Positions 55,241 to 64,000 of a DNA stretch of 64,000 nucleotides are shown piece by piece; positions within the stretch are counted from its first letter, which is position 1; each line of letters begins with the position of its first letter. A program made the translations under genes and the position numbers. The notes below the pieces were generated by a model. It was not told the DNA's origin, made no database searches, and saw only the letters and a list, made by a program, of their open reading frames with translations. The DNA is from Perna viridis (taxonomy: Eukaryota): contig CM074513.1 in assembly GCA_037379345.1 (NCBI GenBank), positions 39,552,885 through 39,616,884 on the forward strand, written 5' to 3'.

Positions 55241-58100
55241 CATATCAATCAAAATTAAACATAATAAATTGTTAGACAATTTAAGACACAGTAAAATGAA
55301 CACAAAAAAATGGAAAATTTGAGAAAGTTTAGTTAAAAATATCATAAATTTCATAAATATTTTTTTAACCGAAAGATGTTCGTCTTAAATATGCTTTGTT
55401 ATACTTTCACTGTACTCGAACTTTATTAGCAGAAAACCCCTTTGGTCAACATACGGAGCAAAGTCTATGAACCATTGTTTCGTTTAATTCCGTATGACCT
55501 AACACAGTCTGTAGTTATATGGCGCGTTTACTGAGAACCCTTAATAAGGATAGGTTCCTGACCACCTCATACCGAGATCATCTAGAGATAAATTCAATTT
55601 TATTTTCTAATGGTTGATCAACACTCAATTTGTATCCCGTTGGCATTCGATAATTTGCGTGAAGCTTTGTGATTGATTGCGTATTCCGAAAACAAGTTTA
55701 GGGGCAAAAAGGTGCTCTAGTTGTGCATACAGACGTTCAAAACGAATGACGGATCTCTTGCAGGGGCCAGGGGTTATTTTTCTAATTGGGAGAAGTTAGA
55801 AAGTCAGTGCCAGCAGTACATTTTATTGACACCAGCTTATTAATAAAGTTGCCTCGATTGAGGATAGAGATAATGCAAAATAAATGTAGCGAAATTGATG
55901 TAAAATTCAATTTGTAGGAAGGTGATGAATTTCGTGCGGTTAATTGAAAAGGCACTTCTAATTCTGTTACCCCAACTAATTAAATCACCGACGTTTATAC
56001 TTAGTTTGCATGCGAATGGCCTTCGAGTAAAGTTTTTAAAAAATACAAATGTCGCCAATATGGCGTTACAAATTGTCTTATGCGACGTCGATTTAAAATT
56101 TCATAATATATTACTTTGTCGTATAGAATCTTGTATGTTTATATAAATAGTCCATTCTTCTAATTATAATACACGAGAAGAAACCAAAATAAAATAATTA
56201 AGAATTTGAATTGTCAATGATTAACATCATCACCATCCATATCTATGTTAAAAAGAAGACAATTTCATGTATTGAAATATTTGAATTATACCGGAGACGG
56301 TTAACTTAGCCATTAGTACACTTGTACTGAATGGAAAAAGAAGATTTTTTGATGAAATAGAAGATTTACGTGTTTATTATGTTTGTAAAAATTGCATCGG
56401 CTATGATATATATGTACACATATTTTTTACTGCTATAAGTCACATACCGCTCTCTGGTAAATTATACAGAAGTAGTTAGTATTACTATCTTTTTGGCAGT
56501 GGATTTTTTGCATCACCCGGTAGTTTTTTTAAGAATCAGTTTCAATTCAGAAATCAGATACCAGCAAGAAATTCTGAAAAAGAATATATTTGTGGGAAAT
56601 TCAAATTACAGTCTTATTTCCATATGACACGCCTATGGAGCTTAGATTAAACTAAGGATAAAATGATTTCGGAAAAAAAATGTGGAAAATACAAAGGAAC
56701 TCAATTAATAATTAGTTATAAACAGTAAAATTTACGCATGGGTGACCGGAAGTGTGATACAGGTTTTGACGAGTTACGTGCCGTGACGTGCATTGCGTTT
56801 TCTTCACACTTGAGATGAAATTAATGTTGGCACATTACATATTTTTTTTACATTTGCGGCCTTTGAAGACTTGTTCTTATATTTAATCGTGTGTTGTTTT
56901 TATTTTATTATTTTAAGACAATTACCTTTGTACTTTAAGTGTTACATGAAAATGACAAGAAAAGTTATTACGCTTGACGTCTTACAAGAGGTGCGTCGTA
57001 AAAACATGATCCATCTAAATATTTAATAAAAAGATGATGTGAAATGCATGTTTGAAGTTAAATTTTTTTCCACGAACACCTGAACAGGGAAAGTATTCAT
57101 CAAACTACTGACGTGACAGAAGATGTTGAACTTGTAAAAACACAAGTGTCAGGTGCGAACCGAATTAAATTATTCAGTAGAAAGGGGGATTCCGACCGAC
57201 GGAACCCCTTCCCGGATATCCCGACGAATGTGACAAATAACGATAAAAAACGTTTTTTTTCATAGCCATCAACCAATAAAATTAATTATTACAAAGCCAT
57301 TTATCTTCATTTAACGATATACCCAGTAACACTTACAACGTTTCATATGAAGTAGGCATTGCCTGAATCAGCGAGCACCATGAGCTTTACCATACGTGTA
57401 CCGTTTGTGCGAGACTCGTAAAAATAATGAAGGACATTACAAAGAGGGGTCAGAAAAGATTAATTTATATCTACTGAAACGTAATCTTAACCTATACATT
57501 TTTATTTGTTTGATTTAAGGAAGCGATGCATTTTCTCCGTAAGGACAGTCAAATTTTGTTATTTCCGGGACATGAATTTTCTTTCGTTAGTGTATTAGGG
57601 AACCTTAATTGAAATTAAGATTGTACATGTAATAACCGTAGAGCTCACACCGCTTCGCGATGCTCGCTAATATTTGATGTAAATTATTAAATCGCAAGGT
57701 GATTACATCTACCAACAATAACGGTTTAGTATCATTCATAAAAATTTATGTGCCGTGCTGTACTCGGCAGTTAATAATTTATAGTTTTACTCCATTCACT
57801 TTTATTTTCACTTACTGATTCACTGTATGTTATTGTAGACTATAAAAGTTGTGTTCACACATAAGATTTATAATTACCCTTTAAGGGCTAAAATGAGTAT
57901 CGTTTGAGACTACATCAAAAATTGACATGAGAATCACAAGAATTCAATGTTAATATTTCACAGTTAACAAAGGCCACATTTCTGTAAATTTCACGTGTAT
58001 TAATTTTTTCACTCTGTATATTGTTGAACTTTAACCTTATCCTCAATGTTAATTTATCAGCATTTTGTTCTGAAGTAAAATCAGTTATTAGATTCTACAG

Positions 58101-58559
58101 TTCATTGGTGTTTAACGCCCAAGCAACAATATTTCTGTTATATCCGGGAGATGAACATGAAATGATGATGAAATGAAAAATGGGATGGACACAAGAATAA
58201 TAGGGTAAACAAATTTTGATTGCCACTGGAAATAGGGAGAGATGGGTAGGACCGGGCAATTTAGCCTTCTGTGGAAAAGCCCAAAGGTTCGTACTCCTAT
58301 CGAATACCACTGCAGGATTCTTTAACGTGCGAGAGACGCGGTATTTTTCCCCAACATGTTGCACCATTATGATTTGCGCTCAGGTTTTTCGTATTACATG
58401 TATGGCCTGACGACCCCAGCATGAAGCATACCAGTGTTACCCCATTCCACCACCTGAGGCACATAACTCTTTGCTCTGTGGACAGAGCGCCCTAGCCCCT
58501 GGCCGAGGTTCTACACACTATTATAGTACTTAGTCGCCTTTTACGACAAGCTTAGCGCT
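58101..58559 (-). mobile_element. SINE-like retroposon, copy 1 (5'-truncated by about 40 nt)
   Basis: Reverse complement colinear with 61331-61790. Confidence 0.88.
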
Positions 58560-59533
58560 TGGGCTCAATTAACGTAACGGCAAAGCAACAGAAGCTTAGC
58601 CATTGGCCAAAAAAAGTATATAAGGCAATTTTATTGGATTTCTTACTAGTCAAAGGCCAATGTCACCATGCAAAATAGTCGTGCGTAAAATTCATTTCTA
58701 CTACCGAGAGTTGTCGACAATGCAATTTGCAAAATTTAATACTTCAGTAGAATTAATGTTCTATATTGTTATATTCACGATGATAATACATTTGTCTTTA
58801 AGTAAATGGTGAACAGAAACGGACATTATTATCATAGGAAATGTAATGGTTCTTATTCCAAATGAAATTTATAGTAAAAAAAATATAGTACAGCTTATGA
58901 GTATAGGAACCGTCTCGAGAACAAATAGAAAGCTCAAATCGCCCTCTTTCTATGTATATACTACATGCACTGTTCAATAAACAGCTTCTTCTCAGAAGAT
59001 TGACTGAAAACAGTCATACTCAAAGACTGAAAGAACTGCATGTATTTCGTTTTCTGTATGAACTTGATCAATGTATATTTACACATGATCTTTTTCATCG
59101 GTTCCTTCAAAGGCCTTTTTCTCTACTCATCCTTATATCTCGTATTACAGTACTATTACATATACTCTACAGAGGTTTTCTAATTGTTGTTTTTGACCAA
59201 TAAGTTTCTACTTGTGCACTTGTGTGTTTTTAAATTTTTATACGCCAGAGTTTCTCTCTTTTATGTCAGAAGTATCTCACACGAGAAATACTTAATTAAA
59301 TAGTCCTTCAAATCTCAACTTCAAAAATCCATTGTATAGCTGATAAAAATGCTGTGAATCATTATATAATACCTACCGTGAATCATTTATACATGCTTGA
59401 TTTCAGGAGATGCTTTATACACTTCCTCTGTCTGTGATAGGTGGATAAATTCTTAAACATATCTATACCAAATTACACGGGTACATCGTACATAATGTAA
59501 TTAAAAAAGTAGACGATTAAGAGCAGAGTACTC

Positions 59534-60091
59534 AACAAAAGGTTTTAAAAAGCATGAATCGCTCACCTGGCTTCATAAGCCATGTTCTAATTTTTTATTT
59601 TTTCTTGGATAAAAATTCCTAACATCCATACCTAAGAAACAATCTTTCATTGAATTCGTCCAGTAGTTTCTGAGTAAAAGATTTTTTAAAGTAATAATAT
59701 CAAAAACAGCAACCAAAAAAGTTTTAAAAAATGCAACAACTTTAACATGGCCTAACAGGTTTACACAAAAACTTGACCGTAGATAAATATCATTATTATG
59801 AACACTTTACCCAGTCAGAATTTGGCTAAACCTAACGATTCAGATATATGCATAACACTGCTGTCTGACTACTATGTTCTATTTTTAGTAACGACGGCGA
59901 TATTTTTCGACAGATAAAACATCCCTATATCATTTCTAGGCAGAATACCCTAAGAAACATTCATACCAAGTTTGGTTCCAATTGGTTCAGTAGTGTAAGA
60001 GAAGAAAAGTTTTGAAAATTTTTTAACGAAGATGGACGCCAAGTGATGGCAATAGCTCACATGGCTCTTCGGATCAGGTGAACAAATAAAA
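59534..60091 (-). mobile_element. Helentron-associated non-autonomous element (HINE/DINE-like)
   Basis: Ends aacaaaagg...atcgctcacctgg and gacgccaagtgatggcaatagctcacatggctcttcggatcaggtgaac-aaataaaa. Subterminal inverted GCTCACCTG/CAGGTGA motif, terminal hairpin, and two diverged internal repeats (catccatacctaagaaac; ccctaagaaacattcatacc). Confidence 0.7.
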
Positions 60092-60152
60092 AGCCAACGT
60101 AACGACTGAACACAGAACAAAAAATAAACTCTGTGAAAGTGGAAGGGTAAGT

Positions 60153-60620
60153 TAATTAATAGATTGATCGATTGTTTATGTTTAACGCCAAAGCAGCAAT
60201 ATTTCAGCTATATCCAGGCGATGAACATTAAGTGGATGATAAAATAAATATGAATGATGGTGAAATGAAAAATGTGATGGGAAATAAGGATAATAAGGTC
60301 AACAAATTTTGACTGCAACTGAAAATAGGGAGAGGTGGATAAGGTCGGACAATTTAGCCTCCTGTGGCGAAGCGCCAATGTTCATAACTCCTATCGAATA
60401 CCACTGCAGGGTTCTTTCCCAAAACGTTGCACCACTATGGTTTACGATCAGTTTTTCCGTATTATGACCTGACGACTTCAGCATGTAGAATGCCAGGGTT
60501 ACCCCATTCCACCACCTGGGGCACACAACCTGGTTGCTCTGGGCACTATTTAGGCGCCCTCTATGACAAGCTTGGAGCTGCTGTCGGCCTATTCTTTTGA
60601 CACCCGGACACGCACGGGGC
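60153..60620 (-). mobile_element. SINE-like retroposon, copy 2 (both ends present, internal deletions)
   Basis: Reverse complement colinear with 61290-61810. Probable decayed TSD ggaagggtaagt (60141-60152) / ggaaggattagt (60621-60632). Confidence 0.88.
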
Positions 60621-61289
60621 GGAAGGATTAGTACTACAGTACAAAGGCATACAAAATTGAGTGTAAAAGGTTATAGTCAATAATTAAAGAAAAGAGAAAT
60701 ACAATAGTATATAAAAAAGTTAATGATGATTGACTAGTATATAAGTTATATTTTGATAGTTCCTAGAGGCATTTCTAACCAGTGTCATTTTGCCGAATAC
60801 AGTAGGTTATAGGTATAGCCTTATAAATTTTAGAGCGGATTCAAGAATTTTGAAGAAAAGTACATGTATTTACAGCATCACAACACTTTCAAACGTGTTA
60901 CACGTAAGCGTGGAGGAACACGAACCCATCAGTTCTTTAATGATACAGCAAACCAATCCAGATGAAGTTGAGACGTTATAATTTTACCTCACAGTTATAC
61001 TTTACTAAGAAAATTTTTATCTTTTCTGATAATTTATTACAGACGTTATAAATGTAATGTCTGGAATACCCGGAACTAACCGTCATTGTCAAAAGGGACA
61101 GCTATGTCGTGTTGTCTGCTAAAGGCAGAAAAAGGTACAGCTTGGAATGTGGTTTATCTGTAGATTATAGTTCCGATATAATAAAACTGATAATATCTTC
61201 TCCAATATAAGTGCCTTTTATCGGCAGGGTCTGTAAGAAGAAAACATACTCTATGTTGACAATTGTTATGCTACCTCATAAAAAGTGGC

Positions 61290-61810
61290 TCCCCGTGCAG
61301 GTCCGGGTGTTAAAAGAATAGGCCTGCAGCAGCGCTAAGCTTGTCGTAAAAGGCGACTAAATAGTGCTCAGAACCCTAGCCGGGGGCTAGGGCGCTCTGC
61401 CCACAGAGCAACTGGGATGTGTGGCCCAGGTGGTGGAATGGGGTACCCCTGGCGTGTTACATGCTGGGGTTGTCGGGCTATAATACGGAAAACCTGACCG
61501 CAAACTATAGTGGTGCACCGTGTTGGGAAAGATGCCACGTTCCTCGCACGTTAAAGAACCCTACTGTAGTATTCTCCTGGAGTAGGAACCATAGTTCTCC
61601 GCCACAGGAGGCTAAATTGCCCAACCCTACCCACCTCTCCCTATTTCCAGTGACAATCAAAATTTGTAGACCCCATTGTCCTTGTGTCCCATCCCTTTTT
61701 CATTTCATCATCATTTCATGTTCATTTTATCATCAATTTCATGTTCATCGTCTGAATATAGCTGAAATATTGCTGCTCGGACGTTAAACCCTAACAAACA
61801 AACAAACAAA
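61290..61810 (+). mobile_element. SINE-like retroposon, copy 3 (full length, 13-bp TSD, (AAAC)n tail)
   Basis: TSD CATAAAAAGTGGC at 61277-61289 and 61811-61823. Head CCCCGTGCAGGTCCGGG...GCTTGTCGTAAAAGGCGACTAA; central GCACGTTAAAGAACCC; tail ATAGCTGAAATATTGCTG...CGTTAAAC-(AAAC)n. Confidence 0.92.
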
Positions 61811-63549
61811 CATAAAAAGTGGCAGTTTTTTGTTAAATATTACCCGACTTAAAGCGCGCTTGAATTTGGTGTTTGTGGTTGCTGGTTTGATCCAACGAGC
61901 TGCTTCTTCTCTGCCAAACACACAACATCGTGAAATAAGATTGATATTTTCTGAATGGGTTATTAGTAGTTATTCTGTTTTTTTTTTTTTTTTTAGCTTT
62001 CTGGACAAAAATATGGCTTAAGGGATGGGGGTAAGTCTGACTAATATTTTTTGTTGTAATAAAAAAGCAGTCATTTGACAATGAAAACTAAAATTTTTTC
62101 GACCAACGAGAGACTGGGTTAAACACTTTATTCTAGTTAGGTACTAACACACTTAAGACATGCGTCTTCCATATAGTGTAAAACACATAAGTATAAACAA
62201 CCGTTGCCTTCTCGGTAAATCAGGGATGAAACAATAACATGCCCTAAACGCGCCTCAAAAAAGAAGATCCAAAATACCATCTGGAGAACAATCGATTGAG
62301 TAATGGTATTGGAGATCAAAGAGAATTGATCCAAATTCATTATATAACGCATGTAAGAATTCCGTAGCATTGAAATACCTTTGTTATACTTCAATAGGTG
62401 TTACGTGGATACGTGCCATCAAAGGTCACCTCGAGTCGGTACGTGTCAACAGAATGCAATTGATCGCACCAAGAGGTTCAATTCAGCAAACAACCCACTG
62501 TATAAATACAAAGGTCTGCAAGCCATTTCAGGTGTAGTTCTCTCCCGAAGGTCATACCAAATCACCTTATTTAAAACTCCAGAATAAAAACCCATTTTAC
62601 GGAGAAGTGTATAATGGTAAAGTGTTTATTCATAATGCACAGGGTTACAAATAAATATTAAAAACGGGGACCTACAAACGATAGAGGTGGAATCTATTGA
62701 ATGCTTTCAATTATATAATTATAGCTGCAAGTTGAGAATACCCAAGTAAAATTCGTTGCATAATAAGGTTAATTTGAATGTTATAATAATATGTCAGACG
62801 TGCAGACGTTCTATGTGATATTGAAATTTGAAATCTTTGTATTCCAAGGCTCAGTAGAGAAAAGAGATAATTACGGGGATCGTTATTTCAATAGTCGTGC
62901 TATTGTCCCATATGTCGCACACAGTTAGTATAGAAGTTAAATTAATGAAAACAGAAACTCTTGAGGTCTACAAGTACTATGTACATATCTACACAGAGAT
63001 CAAACGATTTGAAATGCGACTCAAAATGCAATTTTCCAGTCAATAGTCTCACATCGTATATCAATCTATCGAATTGATACCTATCTTTTGTATGGTTGAG
63101 TAAGATGTGGAGTTACAAAGTCTTGTCACACGATGGTCTTGCCACTGATCTATGCTCATAGATTCATGAAAATGCGTTGCCATTAAGATCACCTGGCTAA
63201 TTAATTGGTTTTAACTATGATATACAGTCATGTTCCAATATGTCATATGATACTTGTAGTGTTGACTGAAATACTATTAATTTCAATAATTTTCCCTTTT
63301 ACATTTACCAGGTGAAGTTCCTGTTGTATTTACGTTGTGCTTATTTTTGTATTTAACAAAAGTATTGAAAGAGTATTGAATCTAATCCCTTACATGACCA
63401 TGACCCCGATTTCTAAGAAAGTTAAGAAATTTAAAAATCATGCACGAGCTTGAACTTGTCAGTAATGTTTATTTGGCAAAGTCAAGATCATTAATATATA
63501 ACCGTCAACAGACCCTTGAAGACGACAGAATTTACTGCATTAAGTGTGA

Positions 63550-63685
63550 AGAACGACGGTCGTCACCAATGTGAGCGATCATGATCACTGACCATCAGCT
63601 GTAGTTGAGTTTTGTCTTCACCGGACTTGACCTTCATCGAAAGTCGACTGGTGTCTACAAGAAGCAGGTTCTGCTCATCCCTTTG
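63550..63685 (+). mobile_element. Old PLE 3'-end fragment from a related family
   Basis: Motifs acggtcgtcacca, ccggacttgac and ggtgtctacaagaagcaggttctgctcatcc occur in the same order as atggtcgtcatca, ccggacttgac and ggtgtttctagaaaaacagaggacgcttaccc at 40291-40458. Confidence 0.55.
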
Positions 63686-63744
63686 GTTCGTTGGCTTTGG
63701 TGCTGTTTTGTTTTGACCCCTCCCTAAAACAAAGTTTGAAGGAA

Positions 63745-64000
63745 CCGCCCCGTCTGTCCTCCGAAACCGCTCAATGGATTTTGATGAAATTTTATAGGAA
63801 GGTTATTCATCATGATTATGTAGATACATATATATATGTAGCATGGAGGAATACAGCTACTATTGGAGCACTCAAAGGGGTAGCTAATCCAACTTGAGTT
63901 TTTTTTACATGCTCACATTTTGCAAGCGCAACAGATCAAGGGATTTCGTTGAAACTTTATAGAAGGTTGTTCATCATATGTAGATATACACAAAGAAATA
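63745..64000 (+). repeat. Tandem ~165-bp units of a probable Helentron-associated element (continues beyond window)
   Basis: gctcaatggattttgatgaaattttataggaaggttattcatcatg...tgtagatac is repeated as gatcaagggatttcgttgaaactttatagaaggttgttcatcatatgtagatatac; preceded by cgtctgtcc. Confidence 0.55.

Noticed and set aside
57641-57670. Small hairpin CACCGC-TTC-GCGATG resembling a rolling-circle or other transposon terminus
   Set aside because: No matching other end or second copy found
61290-61370. Assignment of the retroposon head as an HDV-like or pistol ribozyme
   Set aside because: CTAA after a hairpin and the loop pseudoknot are suggestive, but I could not build the nested P1/P1.1/P3 (HDV) or P2/P3 (pistol) topology; left unassigned
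58095-61787. Similar ORFs of 90, 75 and 122 aa (MWPRWWNG..., PQEAKLP...)
   Set aside because: Chance translations of the non-coding retroposon copies; frames are broken by indels between copies

Overview
AT-rich animal genomic DNA, not prokaryotic. The repeat families suggest a bivalve mollusc, possibly a mussel (inference). The only well-supported host protein-coding gene is a complete three-exon COUP-TF/seven-up (NR2F) nuclear receptor on the + strand: CDS 21425-21917, 23768-24295 and 30919-31193, 1296 nt, 431 aa, with two phase-1 GT-AG introns. It is flanked by about 21 kb upstream and 32 kb downstream with no other recognisable gene. The rest of the window holds dead Penelope-like retroelement (PLE) fragments whose RT ends without a C-terminal endonuclease, three copies of a ~500-bp SINE-like retroposon with a structured non-tRNA head, two TA-flanked MITEs, Helentron-type non-autonomous elements, a 178-bp fold-back palindrome, a 38-bp minisatellite, microsatellites and one assembly gap. 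The best leads are: (1) the pseudoknot/multi-hairpin head of the promoter-less retroposon; (2) a candidate upstream phase-1 exon (11548-11701) that would splice in frame to exon 2 and give a DBD-less COUP-TF isoform; (3) DR1 and other nuclear-receptor elements within the gene's own leader, intron and 3' UTR, suggesting autoregulation; (4) recurrent head-to-head PLE structures. None of these is a proven new system; all are hypotheses from sequence alone.
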